A DNA stretch of 64,000 nt from assembly GCA_049599475.1 (NCBI GenBank), contig JBMYOQ010000007.1:1-64000 (forward strand), read 5' to 3'. Numbering within the stretch: position 1 is the stretch's first letter; the number at the start of each line of letters is the position of its first letter. A program made the position numbers and the translations under genes. Positions 9,227 through 19,614 of the stretch are shown here, piece after piece. Below the pieces are notes generated by a model. That model saw nothing but the letters and a program-made list of their open reading frames with translations. It did no database searches and was not told the DNA's origin. The DNA is from Opitutales bacterium. Lineage in GTDB: Bacteria > Verrucomicrobiota > Verrucomicrobiia > Opitutales > JABSRG01.

Positions 9227-10819
9227 ATGAGCTCACAATCCATCCTCATCTACGACACGACTTTGCGCGACGGCACCCAGGGAGAAGGGGTGTCTTTTCC
9301 TGTTTCGGCAAAGATTCGAATTGCGGAGCGTTTGGACCAATTTGGGATGGATTACATCGAAGGTGGTTGGCCTGGGTCGAATCCTCGGGACGTCGCGTTT
9401 TTTGAGGAAGCCAAGAAAGTCGATTGGAAGCATTCCAAAATTGTTGCCTTTGGGAGCACGTGCCGAGCAGGTGTAAAGGCTTCCGAGGATGCTCAGATCC
9501 AGCTATTGGTAAATGCTGAGACACCGGCCGTTACTATTTTTGGTAAGACATGGCTGCTTCACATAGAAGAGATCCTCCGGACCACTGCAGAGGAAAATCT
9601 GCGGATGATCGAAGACTCGGTCCAATTCTTGGTGAGTCAGGGACGCGAGGTCATCTATGATGCTGAGCACTTTTTTGACGGTTATAAGGATAATGCTGAA
9701 TACGCTCTCAAGACGCTTGAAGCTGCGGTAAAAGGGGGCGCGTCTACGCTTACGCTCTGTGACACCAACGGTGGGATGATGCTTCAAGAGCTGCGCGATG
9801 TAGTATCCCTTGTCGTTTCAAAATTCCCCGAGGTGCGCGTTGGGATGCATTGTCACAATGATTGCGGGATGGGAGTTGCCCTTTCGCTGGCCGGGGTCGA
9901 AGTAGGCGCATCGCTAGTCCAGGGGACGATGAATGGCTTTGGAGAGCGCAACGGAAACGCTAACCTCACGTCGATCATCCCCAACCTTTCGGAGAAGATG
10001 GGACTTAGCCTGACGAGCTCGGAGAATATGACCAAGCTGCGTGATTTGTCCGTGTTTATCGACGAGACTGCGAACCTGCGCCCAGATCCGCGAGCGGCTT
10101 TCGTCGGGAGCGGTGCATTTGCCCACAAGGGGGGTGTGCATGCAGATGCTGTAGGAAAGGTGAAATCCAGCTACGAGCACATGGAGCCCGAGCGTGTGGG
10201 GAATCATACACGTTTTCTTGTTTCGGATATGTCGGGCCGTTCCAGTCTGATGCTCAAAGCCAAAGAACTCGGTATCGAGCTCGATAAGTCAGCGGCACTC
10301 AAAGATTTTCTCGAAGAATTGAAGGGACGTGAATACCGCGGTTATGAGTATGAAGCGGCGGATGCATCCTTTAAATTGCTCATTCATCAATTCCTGAAAA
10401 ACCGTCCAAAATCCTTTGAGTTGATTCAGTTCCGGACGACTGTTGGGCGCCAAATCGCACTCGACCGCACGGTATCAGAAGCGTCGGTAAAGGTGAGTGT
10501 TCAGGGGGATGAATATCACACGGTAGCGGAAGCGCATGGACCGGTATCTGCGCTCGACCAGGCATTGCGGAAGGCGCTCACGGAATCTTTTCCATTCATC
10601 GAACAGGTTTCGCTTACTGATTTCAAGGTGCGCATCCTGGATAATGCTCTGGGGACGGACGCCATTACGCGCGTCTTGATTGACTCGACGGATGGCGAGA
10701 CAAGCTGGGGAACAGTCGGGGCGAGCGATAATATCATCGATGCCAGCTGGCAGGCTCTGCGTGATTCGATGGAATACAAAATCCTTTTAGAGGAGGAAAA
10801 GGCAGCATCGAGCAGCTAA
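9227..10819 (+). CDS. cimA: Citramalate synthase
   Basis: YDTTLRDGTQGEG, YIEGGWPGSNP, IYDAEHFFDG, HCHND, GERNGNANL, AFAHKGGVH, LeuA-type regulatory C-terminus. Confidence 0.92.
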   Translation: MSSQSILIYDTTLRDGTQGEGVSFPVSAKIRIAERLDQFGMDYIEGGWPGSNPRDVAFFEEAKKVDWKHSKIVAFGSTCRAGVKASEDAQIQLLVNAETPAVTIFGKTWLLHIEEILRTTAEENLRMIEDSVQFLVSQGREVIYDAEHFFDGYKDNAEYALKTLEAAVKGGASTLTLCDTNGGMMLQELRDVVSLVVSKFPEVRVGMHCHNDCGMGVALSLAGVEVGASLVQGTMNGFGERNGNANLTSIIPNLSEKMGLSLTSSENMTKLRDLSVFIDETANLRPDPRAAFVGSGAFAHKGGVHADAVGKVKSSYEHMEPERVGNHTRFLVSDMSGRSSLMLKAKELGIELDKSAALKDFLEELKGREYRGYEYEAADASFKLLIHQFLKNRPKSFELIQFRTTVGRQIALDRTVSEASVKVSVQGDEYHTVAEAHGPVSALDQALRKALTESFPFIEQVSLTDFKVRILDNALGTDAITRVLIDSTDGETSWGTVGASDNIIDASWQALRDSMEYKILLEEEKAASSS

Positions 10820-10835
10820 CTCCGGGGTAACGAAT

Positions 10836-11825
10836 ATGTTCTACGACGAAGTAAAAGTTTTTCTCAAATCTGGAGACGGCGGCGATGGCTCTGCCGCGAT
10901 GCGACGCGCTAAATATATTCCGAAGGGGGGACCCGATGGAGGCGATGGTGGCAAAGGCGGCGATTTAGTTTTGCGCTGTGACGAGAATGTGAGCGATCTG
11001 CGCGATTATCATTTTAAGCCCATTTGGAAAGCGAAGAATGGCGAACAAGGCCGTGGTAAGCAACAGCATGGCAAGGGCGCCCCGCAGCTGATTTTGCGAG
11101 TGCCGGTAGGTACTGTTTTGAGTCGTCTGGAAGATGGAAAAGTCGTCGCCGAGCTCAATAAGCATGGCGAGGAGCGCGTCTTCATGAAGGGAGGCAAAGG
11201 CGGCATGGGTAACATCCATTTCAAGTCGTCGACGAACCAGGCGCCGCGTCAGACGACTCCGGGGGAGCCGGGGCGCGAGGGAGATTTCCTAATGGAGCTC
11301 AAATCGATTGCCGACATCGGCTTGGTGGGATTTCCGAATGCAGGAAAGAGTTCTTTCATTGGGCTGATTACTCACGCTCAGCCCAAGGTGGGGCATTATC
11401 CGTTTACCACTTTGAACCCGAGTATCGGCACAATCGAATATCCGGACTTTTATTCGAAGCTCAAGATGGCGGATATTCCCGGCTTGGTTGAAGGCGCCCA
11501 CGAGAACAAGGGGCTAGGCCATCGATTTTTGAAGCACATTGAACGCTGCAAGACACTCTTGTTTATGGTGGATATGCAGGGTTCGGATGGAAGAGACCCG
11601 CTGGCGGATGTCACGCAATTGCGGAAAGAGTTGGGGAAATTTAATAAAGAGCTTCTCGAGAAACACTGGGTGATTGCCGCAAATAAAATGGACGAACCCG
11701 ATGCTCCGAAAAATCTGCGGAGGATTAAAAGCTCGCGCCGCAAGGTGCCGATTTATCCAATTTCCTGCCTTAGTGAAGAGGGTATTCCTGAGCTGAAACA
11801 GGCTCTCTGGGATTTTTGTAAGTAA
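10836..11825 (+). CDS. obgE: GTPase ObgE/CgtA
   Basis: Gly-rich Obg fold GGPDGGDGGKGG; GFPNAGKS, YPFTTL, DIPG, GLGHRFLKHIER, NKMD. Confidence 0.96.
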   Translation: MFYDEVKVFLKSGDGGDGSAAMRRAKYIPKGGPDGGDGGKGGDLVLRCDENVSDLRDYHFKPIWKAKNGEQGRGKQQHGKGAPQLILRVPVGTVLSRLEDGKVVAELNKHGEERVFMKGGKGGMGNIHFKSSTNQAPRQTTPGEPGREGDFLMELKSIADIGLVGFPNAGKSSFIGLITHAQPKVGHYPFTTLNPSIGTIEYPDFYSKLKMADIPGLVEGAHENKGLGHRFLKHIERCKTLLFMVDMQGSDGRDPLADVTQLRKELGKFNKELLEKHWVIAANKMDEPDAPKNLRRIKSSRRKVPIYPISCLSEEGIPELKQALWDFCK

Positions 11826-11877
11826 AATAGGTTTCCTGGATTATTAAACGGGTGTTGAGGTCGACAATAGACTTAAG

Positions 11878-12360
11878 ATGCCCTCGATTCTTGATCCCCA
11901 CTTGTACCCATTGGCCTTGCGGAGTAATCACTCCCTGGGTGCAGGTCTTGTTGAGCTAGGCCTTATTACCTATTCGGAACTCGACCGTGCTCTTGAATTG
12001 CTTCAGGAGCCGCAATCAGGAGAGTTTCTCGTAGAGCAGTCTCTTATCGAAATCCTAAAAAACGACCTGCGTCTTCTGGACGAGCAGCGGGTTATGGAGT
12101 GTCTGGCGATGTCTGAGGATTTGCAGGTTTATCAAAGCTCGGAACTAGAGGCATTGGAAAGCACTTTGTTTTCGCTGCAGGAGTGTCAGGCTACTTGGAC
12201 TATCCCCTTTGACTGTGTGGACGGTGTGTGGCGCTTGGCGAGTGCCCATTATGTGAGCGCATTTGTTCGATCTTTTTGGAAGGATAGACTCGGTGCGCAG
12301 ATACGTTGGTATATCGCAGACACCCAGAGTATTTCGCGCGCTTTTAGCTTGGTGAGCTGA
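11878..12360 (+). CDS. MshEN/GSPII_N-like protein, paralog of 4277..4789
   Basis: LGAGLVELGLITYSELDRAL, CQATWTIPFD and FWKDRLG align with the 4277 protein. Confidence 0.55.
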   Translation: MPSILDPHLYPLALRSNHSLGAGLVELGLITYSELDRALELLQEPQSGEFLVEQSLIEILKNDLRLLDEQRVMECLAMSEDLQVYQSSELEALESTLFSLQECQATWTIPFDCVDGVWRLASAHYVSAFVRSFWKDRLGAQIRWYIADTQSISRAFSLVS

Positions 12361-12431
12361 CCCAGGGCACTTTCTTTGTGCAGCTGCTTCACAGTTGACC
12401 TTTTTCGTAGGTCATTCAGCCTCCGTCGCTT

Positions 12432-13535
12432 ATGCTTCAGGCCGGAATAGTAGGACTGCCCAACGTGGGCAAAAGTACGCTTTTTAACGCGCTCACCAAA
12501 ACTCGCAAAGCGGAATCTGCGAACTATCCGTTTTGCACGATCGATCCGAATGTCGGGGTGGTGCAGGTCCCAGACCCGCGTTTGCAGCCGCTTGCTGAAC
12601 TGGCAAAGACTTCGACTATCATCCCGGCCGCGATGGAATTCGTGGATATCGCGGGACTGGTAGCAGGGGCTTCAAAAGGAGAAGGGCTGGGAAATAAGTT
12701 TTTGGCCAACATCCGCGAGGTAGATGCGATTGTGCATGTGGTGCGTTGTTTCGATGATGACGATGTGATCCACACTATGGGCGGTGTTGATCCTATCCGT
12801 GATATCGAGATCATCACGACCGAATTGATCTTAGCAGATATTGCATCCATCGAAAGTCAGATCGAAAAGGGGAAAAAGAAGGCGCGTAGTGGGGATAAGG
12901 AGATTATTGCAGCGATTGCTCTGATGGAGCGTCTCCTGCCGCACTTGAATGACATGAAGCCGGCGATTACCCTGGATATGGATGAAGACGAGCAGGCGGT
13001 CTTGAAGCGTATCTTCCTGCTCTCTGCGAAACCTACGCTATTTGCCTGCAATGTAGCGGAGTCGGACTTGGCTGATCCGGAGTCCAATGCCTACGTAAAC
13101 AAAGTGCGTGAGTACGCTACCGAAAATCACGGTGCGCATTCGTGTGTCATCTCGGCGAGTGTTGAGGAGGAGTTAATGGATTTCTCAGAGGAAGAGGCGC
13201 GTGAGTATTTGTCGGATCTGGGAGTTAAGGATTCCGGAGTCTCTCAACTCATTCGGGCTTCGTATGATCTTCTCGGATTGGCGAGCTACTTCACTGCTGG
13301 GGAAAAAGAAGCGCGTGCCTGGACTTTTAAGAAGGGAATGACTGCTCCACAGTGTGCGGGCGTGATTCATACGGATTTTGAGGCTGGGTTCATCAAGGCC
13401 GAAGTGGTCGCCTACGAAGATCTAATTGCTGCGGGAAGTCGTGCGGGCGCGCGAGACGCCGGAAAGCTCCGGCTGGAAGGCAAGGATTACATCTTCCAGG
13501 ACGGAGATGTGACTGAGTTCCGCTTCAGTTCTTAA
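12432..13535 (+). CDS. ychF: Redox-regulated ATPase YchF
   Basis: [52 protein letters not shown]-terminus. Confidence 0.97.
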   Translation: MLQAGIVGLPNVGKSTLFNALTKTRKAESANYPFCTIDPNVGVVQVPDPRLQPLAELAKTSTIIPAAMEFVDIAGLVAGASKGEGLGNKFLANIREVDAIVHVVRCFDDDDVIHTMGGVDPIRDIEIITTELILADIASIESQIEKGKKKARSGDKEIIAAIALMERLLPHLNDMKPAITLDMDEDEQAVLKRIFLLSAKPTLFACNVAESDLADPESNAYVNKVREYATENHGAHSCVISASVEEELMDFSEEEAREYLSDLGVKDSGVSQLIRASYDLLGLASYFTAGEKEARAWTFKKGMTAPQCAGVIHTDFEAGFIKAEVVAYEDLIAAGSRAGARDAGKLRLEGKDYIFQDGDVTEFRFSS

Positions 13536-13633
13536 ATCGGTATTAACCGCCACATTGGGTCAAAAGGTAGAAAAAGCTTGTCTGGCCGCACCTGTTGATA
13601 TTTTCTCCTTTGTTTTTTTAAACCATACGGATT

Positions 13634-13807
13634 ATGCCAAGAGAAGTCGTCATTTTAGAGTGCTCCGAAGCACGCAAGGAGAACAAGCCTGTTTCACGCT
13701 ACATGTCTTCCCGCAACCCTAAGTTGCAGACCGAGAAAGTGGAAAAGAAGAAATACAATCCACATCTCAAGCGCCACACGCTTCACAAAGAGATCAAGAA
13801 GAAGTAA
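13634..13807 (+). CDS. rpmG: 50S ribosomal protein L33 (absent from ORF track)
   Basis: Manual translation [57 protein letters not shown]. Confidence 0.95.
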   Translation: MPREVVILECSEARKENKPVSRYMSSRNPKLQTEKVEKKKYNPHLKRHTLHKEIKKK

Positions 13808-13824
13808 TTTCTTCAGAGAATTTC

Positions 13825-13857
13825 AAAAGCCCGATCAGTCATGGTCGGGCTTTTTTT
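13825..13857 (+). terminator. Rho-independent terminator of rpmG
   Basis: GCCCGATCA/TGGTCGGGC stem plus T7. Confidence 0.75.
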
Positions 13858-13876
13858 GTGTTTGTGGCAGGGCATG

Positions 13877-13904
13877 AAAAAAGCAGCTCGGGCGAGCTGC
13901 TTTT
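13877..13904 (-). terminator. Rho-independent terminator of the pilin gene
   Basis: GCAGCTCG/CGAGCTGC stem with A6. Confidence 0.7.
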
Positions 13905-13933
13905 CAAAGTCTATGCTGGCTAGGATTGGCGAC

Positions 13934-14575
13934 TTAATTCCAGGTCGCGATGATTTCACCATTGCCGGCGGAGTAAATCGCGACGGTCGCGTAGACATTG
14001 CCTGACACTGTAGGTGTGTAGGTGTTTCCGTCTTCAATATTTGTTACGCCAGTTGTAAATGCTGAGGCTGGCAGGATGCCGTCCTTGTTCTTGTCCATCA
14101 CGATAACGATATTGGTGTTGTTGAACGCATCGCCGATTTGGTCGGATACATTTCCGGTGCTTAGATCGGTGGCAAAATTGTTCTGGGCAAAGGTCATGAA
14201 CGTCTGACGCTTTGGGTTGAAGCTAGCTGCATCGCCTGCGCCAAGCGGTGTGCCGTTGTAAGAGCGTCCGGTGAGTGCCTTGAAGAGGTGATCGGTGTCC
14301 GTGCTGGAATCTAGGACAAAGATGCTATCTGAGCCCGTAGCGGATGCGTTCCCGCCGAAAGTGGGGTAGTAGCCATACTCGTTTTTGAACTGATTGATGG
14401 CAGTTGCGATCTGATTGAAGAATCCCTTGGACTGTGCGTTCTTTACTTGGTCGGTAGCTATGCCTACCGCAGGGACAAGAATCGCTGCCAGAATCGCGAT
14501 GATTGCCATCACAGTGAGGAGTTCAATGAGCGTAAAGCCTTTTGGAGATTGGGTTTTCGGGGTAATTCGCTTCAT
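13934..14575 (-). CDS. Type IV pilin/pseudopilin (prepilin N-methylation motif)
   Basis: KG|FTLIELLTVMAIIAILAAILVP; FKNEYGYYP; DAFNN. Confidence 0.88.
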   Translation of the reverse strand: MKRITPKTQSPKGFTLIELLTVMAIIAILAAILVPAVGIATDQVKNAQSKGFFNQIATAINQFKNEYGYYPTFGGNASATGSDSIFVLDSSTDTDHLFKALTGRSYNGTPLGAGDAASFNPKRQTFMTFAQNNFATDLSTGNVSDQIGDAFNNTNIVIVMDKNKDGILPASAFTTGVTNIEDGNTYTPTVSGNVYATVAIYSAGNGEIIATWN

Positions 14576-14879
14576 ACAGAGTAGTGTAATTAAATTCTGA
14601 AACGCTGGCGTCGAGCCCGAATACGGATGAATTTCGAGGTAGTTAATTGTTATTCATCGCTTAAGGATTTTGCGTGAATTTTGGAGGTTTATAAAATTGC
14701 AAAAGAAATGCAATAGCATTGCAAAAGACCATCTCTCTTATTCTCTTTTTGTGAAATCGCGGTAAATAAATTAATTAATATTTTTAAGTATCTATCCATC
14801 AGGTGTTTATGGGTTTTTTGATTAACTAGGCATGGCGAGTGTTAATAGAGGGGCAACTTAACCCTTCACTGATTAATCT

Positions 14880-15647
14880 ATGTATTCTGATATTGCCTGC
14901 CCGGCCCCTCAAGCTACTACCCCAGCCCAGCTCACCTCTAAAGCGAGCTCTCTCGTTGAAAAGCACCTACCCATGGTGCGTACAATCGTTCAATCAATGT
15001 GCATGCAGTTCCCCTCTCATGCTGATGTGGAGGAAATGCATAGCTTAGGTGTTATGGGTTTGATTGAAGCGGCGAAGCGTTTTGATGAGAGTCATGGTAG
15101 AACTTTCGAGGTGTATGCGGCGGTACGTATTCGTGGATCAGTTCTTGATGAGTTGCGTAGAATGGACTGGATGCCTCGGACAGCACGTAAGCGTGCCCGT
15201 GAGGTGCAGCGCAAAGTAGCGGAGCTTGAGCAGGAGTTGGGACGCGTTCCGAATGATATCGAGCTGCGTGAGGCTCTTGGTATGGATGTGCGCACTTTCC
15301 GTCGTGTTCAGCGCCAAATCGCACAGTTGAAATTTTTCTCCCTGGATGCTCAAACCTCTGCATCGCAGAAGTCAGAGTCCGACGTGGATCTACACGATGC
15401 TATTCCGGATGAGCGCCAGCCAATCAGCAGTGAAGAGGCTGAGAAAAAGGAGCTCCTGGGCATTATGCAGCAGCACATCGAGCGTCTGCCTGAGCGCTAC
15501 CAGGATATTCTCGGGATGTATTACTTTAAAAACATGCGCCTCTCGGAAATCGCTGATATCTACAAAGTCAGCGAGGCGCGTATTTGCCAAATTCACACTC
15601 AAGCGGTGAAGCGTTTGCGTAGTGCCATGCAAGCTGTTGCGGCATGA
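14880..15647 (+). CDS. fliA: RNA polymerase sigma factor FliA/WhiG (sigma28)
   Basis: GLIEAAKRFD, YAAVRIRGSVLDELRRMDWMPR, SEARICQIH. Confidence 0.93.
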   Translation: MYSDIACPAPQATTPAQLTSKASSLVEKHLPMVRTIVQSMCMQFPSHADVEEMHSLGVMGLIEAAKRFDESHGRTFEVYAAVRIRGSVLDELRRMDWMPRTARKRAREVQRKVAELEQELGRVPNDIELREALGMDVRTFRRVQRQIAQLKFFSLDAQTSASQKSESDVDLHDAIPDERQPISSEEAEKKELLGIMQQHIERLPERYQDILGMYYFKNMRLSEIADIYKVSEARICQIHTQAVKRLRSAMQAVAA

Positions 15648-15673
15648 TTGTCTCGCTTTTCTCGTGAAGCCCT

Positions 15674-15709
15674 AAAAAAAGCCCCTTCAATCGAAGGAGC
15701 TTTTTTTTT
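15674..15709. terminator. Bidirectional Rho-independent terminator
   Basis: A7-GCCCCTTC/GAAGGAGC-T9 between convergent fliA and small basic protein genes. Confidence 0.75.
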
Positions 15710-15729
15710 GAAATAATAAGAAGCGTTGT

Positions 15730-15888
15730 TTACGCGTCTGGCTTAGTCTTTTTGAGACCTACGACGCGGTCGCCATCTTTCCACTGTCCGCGTTTCTTGA
15801 GGAGGCTTACGCGCTCGAAGCGTTTAAGAACAGTGCGTGAAGTTCCAGAGCTAGATGCTCCGACGTTGAAACTATTGTGTTGTGACAT
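15730..15888 (-). CDS. PVC-superphylum small basic protein (absent from ORF track)
   Basis: Manual translation MSQHNSFNVGASSSGTSRTVLKRFERVSLLKKRGQWKDGDRVVGLKKTKPDA matches the recalled family pattern MS.H.S...R.VLKRFER...L...G.W......GL.K. Confidence 0.85.
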   Translation of the reverse strand: MSQHNSFNVGASSSGTSRTVLKRFERVSLLKKRGQWKDGDRVVGLKKTKPDA

Positions 15889-15995
15889 GATGAGTCTTGG
15901 ATTTTGGAAAGCTAAAAACCTTCTAAGAAGTCGTTATTGTCGCCCTCTGTCAATACTCCATTCGTCCGGGCTGATGCTTTGAGGAGAAAATTTGA

Positions 15996-17543
15996 TTACT
16001 TTTCCAATTTGAGCTCGTAGTACTTTTTTACCGTTCGTTGGTCGACCCCGATTGCGCGCGCTGATTGAGCGAATCCTCCTTCGCGGTTCACGGATATTTT
16101 GAAGTAGTGATGTAGAAGCGATTCGTAGGAAAGGTTGCCCTTGAGAAAGTCCTCAACGTAGTCCGGCAGGTTCGGGCCATCCTGGATTGCGTTCTTGAAT
16201 ACGAGCTCCTTTTTGATCTTGTACTCGCCGTGCACCATAATGTTGCGCACACATTGCTCTAGTTCTCGGAAATTGCCCGGCCAAGGGTAGCTGGGAGGGA
16301 CTTCTTTGCGAATCCAGTCCACGGCTTCATCGGTAAGTTGCTCACTGATACTGCCTTCGCCCAACAGGCGTTTCGCTATGAAGCTGACAAGGTTAGGGAG
16401 TTCGTCGGGTTTCTCCTGGAGAATTTCGCGAAGCCCTGAGGTTTCAAGCTGGTCCGAGCATATTCTGAAGAAGAAATCTTCTCGGAAATTTCCCTTTTTT
16501 ATCTCCTCTTCAAGGTTTCGGTTGGTGGCCGTGATGACCTTGCCTTCAAATTGTAGGGTGTCGGTGCCGCCGAGTCTTTGAAACTGCCGGGTCTGTAGTA
16601 CTCGAAGGAGTTTTACTTGGATGCTAGTGTTGGTTTCTCCGATCTCGTCTAAGAAGACGGTGCCGTGCACGCCGCAGCTTTCGAAGTAGCCTTTCTTTTC
16701 GGTTTGAGCTCCGGTAAAGGCGCCTTTTCGGTGACCAAATAATTCGGACTCGATCAGTGTTTCTGAAAGAGCGCTTAGGTTGAGAGGGAAGAAGGACACG
16801 AGGAAGTCCTCCTCAAATAAGGCGGTGGTTGGGTCGTAGGGAATGAAGCGCGATAACCCAATGGCGCGCGCTATCAGCTCTTTACCGGTGCCTGATGGGC
16901 CAGTGATGAGGGTGATGATGTCTCCCATGCGCTCATACAGGCGCGTCTGGTAGCGATAAAAATTGTGGGTGAAAATGGACTCCCAGGTTCGGGCTCTGAG
17001 CGCACGAGTCTGTTCAGAATTTCCGAAGATGGATTGGTGGATGTGGTAGAAGGCGCGTCTTACCTGAAAGAAAACAGCGATTAAGTGCTCATTGTGGAGC
17101 GTGGCCTGTTGAGGGACTCCAATCGGCTGAAGGAATCTGTCCAGATCGTCCCATAGGCGAATCAGGAAGGGGGCGCGGGTTCGTCCATTGCCTCGAAGGT
17201 GAGCCTTGCGGATGTATTGATCGAAGTCGTTGGCGTATTTGTGGAAAACGTAAAACCAAACGCCTTGTTCGTAGAGTTCGAAATCAGGTTGCGGTAGCGG
17301 GGAGCGAGAGCTCTCAATATGCTTAAGGGTCTCATATAGCTGAGTCTTAAGAATTCCCTGTATGGTGCTTACGTTATCGAACTTTCCCTCGTGATCTCCT
17401 GAGGGTGATAGGTAGGCCGTCTTTAAGATATCTTCTTCAATCTCCTTCCGGGTGGATGAGAATGGGTTGCAATAGATCAGGCTTGCTATGGACTTGAGGA
17501 AGGTCCTTTCTGCCGGGCTTAACTGAGTGGGGTTTTCAGGCAT
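15996..17543 (-). CDS. Sigma54-dependent transcriptional activator (bEBP) with a non-receiver N-terminal domain
   Basis: GPSGTGKELIARAI, ESELFGHRKGAFTGA, VFLDEIGE, WPGNFRELEQ, C-terminal HTH; likely start MPENP at 17543. Confidence 0.9.
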   Translation of the reverse strand: MPENPTQLSPAERTFLKSIASLIYCNPFSSTRKEIEEDILKTAYLSPSGDHEGKFDNVSTIQGILKTQLYETLKHIESSRSPLPQPDFELYEQGVWFYVFHKYANDFDQYIRKAHLRGNGRTRAPFLIRLWDDLDRFLQPIGVPQQATLHNEHLIAVFFQVRRAFYHIHQSIFGNSEQTRALRARTWESIFTHNFYRYQTRLYERMGDIITLITGPSGTGKELIARAIGLSRFIPYDPTTALFEEDFLVSFFPLNLSALSETLIESELFGHRKGAFTGAQTEKKGYFESCGVHGTVFLDEIGETNTSIQVKLLRVLQTRQFQRLGGTDTLQFEGKVITATNRNLEEEIKKGNFREDFFFRICSDQLETSGLREILQEKPDELPNLVSFIAKRLLGEGSISEQLTDEAVDWIRKEVPPSYPWPGNFRELEQCVRNIMVHGEYKIKKELVFKNAIQDGPNLPDYVEDFLKGNLSYESLLHHYFKISVNREGGFAQSARAIGVDQRTVKKYYELKLEK

Positions 17544-17623
17544 GAATGAGAGTCTGTCGGGTGGTAAGTCCGCTTTGATTAACACATTAGGTAATGCTAA
17601 GAACATAATTTGTAAACCTTTGG

Positions 17624-19597
17624 ATGATCACTTTGCATCAAATTTCTCTTCGCTTTGGCTCGAAAATCATTCTCTCCTCAGCTCAGGCGGAAATCCTCAA
17701 AGGAGACCGGATCGGTCTCGTTGGGCGCAACGGATCTGGTAAATCGACGCTCTTCAAAATTCTTTTGGGCGATCAGGCGCTCGATGAAGGAGAAACTGTT
17801 TTTGCGCGTGGTGTGAGCTTGGGGTATTTGCCTCAAGATGGAATTGAAGAGCACGGTAAGACTCTGTTTGAGGCCGCGAGTGAAGCGTTTCCGAAGATTT
17901 TGGAGTTACAAGCGCGCCTGGAAGAGCTCAATGTAGAGATTTCTGGCTCGGATAGAGCTCAAGAGGAGCTGTCGAAACTCATTGAGCAGGCGGGAGAGCT
18001 GGAGCATGCGCTGGAAGACTTGGGGGCCGCTACGCTGCGGTCGCGTATCGAAAAAGTCTTTGCAGGTCTGGGGTTCGGTTCGGAGGATATGGAACGGTCC
18101 ACGGACACATTCTCAGGGGGCTGGCAAATGCGGATCGCTTTGGGAAAACTCCTTTTGCAAAATCCGTCTCTACTTCTCTTGGATGAGCCGACCAATCACT
18201 TAGATATTTTGTCGCAGCGATGGCTTGAGAAATTTCTCGTGAATTATGAGGGAGCGCTTCTGGTGATATCGCACGACCGTTCGTTTTTAGATGCTATCAC
18301 AAATCGCACATGGATTATGTCGAGAGGGCGGCTCGATCGGTTCCAGGGTTCGCTCAAGACGGCTCTGGTCGAGCGCGAGCGTATCGAAGCGCAGCGAGAG
18401 CAAGCTCAAGCAAAGCAGCAGAGGGAAATTGAAAGGCAGGAGGCTTTTATTGATCGTTTTCGCTACAAAGCCAGTAAGGCTAACCAGGTGCAGAGTCGTA
18501 TCAAAGCTTTGGATAAAATCGAACGCATTGAGATCGCGGCTGATGAAGATACCGTGCATTTTTCTTTCCCGAAACCCCCTCGGAATAGTCCAAGCCCCAT
18601 CGTGTTAAATAAGGTGAGTAAGGCGTATGGGGAAAACGAAATTTTTCGAAGTCTCGATTTGCGCATCGATGATGGAGATCGCATTGCGATTGTCGGTCCG
18701 AATGGTGCAGGAAAGTCCACCTTGGTGAGGATTTTGGGAGGAGATGAGCCTTTTCAGGCGGGTGAACGTATTCTGGGAATGAATACGCAGCTCACGCTCT
18801 TTGCCCAGCATCAAACTGCTGCGTTGGATCTCGAGTTGACCGCGTTGCAGACGATTGAGGAGGCCGCAGTTTCGAATGGTTCTCGAGGTATGGATCCGCG
18901 AGCTTTGTTGGGAGCTTTTTTATTCAAGGGCGACGATGTGTTTAAGCAAGTGAAGGTGCTCTCGGGGGGCGAACGCAATCGGCTGGCCATGGCCAAAATG
19001 CTTATGCGCTCCGCGAATACAATCATACTCGATGAGCCGACCAATCACTTGGATATGGAGAGTATTGAAGTCTTGCAGCAGGCATTAATTGATTTCCCAG
19101 GGACTCTCATTCTGGTGAGTCACGATCGTAATTTTCTCGACCCAATCGTCTCTAAAGTGATCGAAGTGACTCCGGGGAAAGCTCGAATGCTCACGGGTAA
19201 TGTGTCTGATTATGTCAGAATGCTCGACGAAATGGATACGGCTCTTTCCCGTGGGCGCGCGGAAAGTGCCAAGGGCGTGAGTGGTAATCAGAAGGCGGAT
19301 TCGCTGGATAGTTTATCCAGTAAAGAGCGAAGAAAGTTGATGGCGCAAATACGGCAGAAACTAGCCCCGCTCAAAAAAAAGCATCAGACGCTGGAGAAAC
19401 AGATTTCTGAGATACAGGAAAAGATACAGGGGCGCGAAACGGAAATGATGGATCCGGAATGGTTCAATCAAGGAGAAGCTACAGCCGAGGGTATGAAAGA
19501 ACTCGATACGTGGAAACGCCATCTCGACCGCATCGAAAACGAATGGCTCGAACTCGAAGAAGAAATCGCAGAAAAAGAGTCTGCAATGGGAGGATAG
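17624..19597 (+). CDS. ABC-F family ATP-binding protein
   Basis: Two ABC domains (GRNGSGKS/FSGGWQMR and GPNGAGKS/LSGGERNR), linker FRYKASKANQVQSR, C-terminal coiled coil, no TM. Confidence 0.93.
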   Translation: MITLHQISLRFGSKIILSSAQAEILKGDRIGLVGRNGSGKSTLFKILLGDQALDEGETVFARGVSLGYLPQDGIEEHGKTLFEAASEAFPKILELQARLEELNVEISGSDRAQEELSKLIEQAGELEHALEDLGAATLRSRIEKVFAGLGFGSEDMERSTDTFSGGWQMRIALGKLLLQNPSLLLLDEPTNHLDILSQRWLEKFLVNYEGALLVISHDRSFLDAITNRTWIMSRGRLDRFQGSLKTALVERERIEAQREQAQAKQQREIERQEAFIDRFRYKASKANQVQSRIKALDKIERIEIAADEDTVHFSFPKPPRNSPSPIVLNKVSKAYGENEIFRSLDLRIDDGDRIAIVGPNGAGKSTLVRILGGDEPFQAGERILGMNTQLTLFAQHQTAALDLELTALQTIEEAAVSNGSRGMDPRALLGAFLFKGDDVFKQVKVLSGGERNRLAMAKMLMRSANTIILDEPTNHLDMESIEVLQQALIDFPGTLILVSHDRNFLDPIVSKVIEVTPGKARMLTGNVSDYVRMLDEMDTALSRGRAESAKGVSGNQKADSLDSLSSKERRKLMAQIRQKLAPLKKKHQTLEKQISEIQEKIQGRETEMMDPEWFNQGEATAEGMKELDTWKRHLDRIENEWLELEEEIAEKESAMGG

Positions 19598-19614
19598 TCT
19601 TCGGGCTTGTATTG

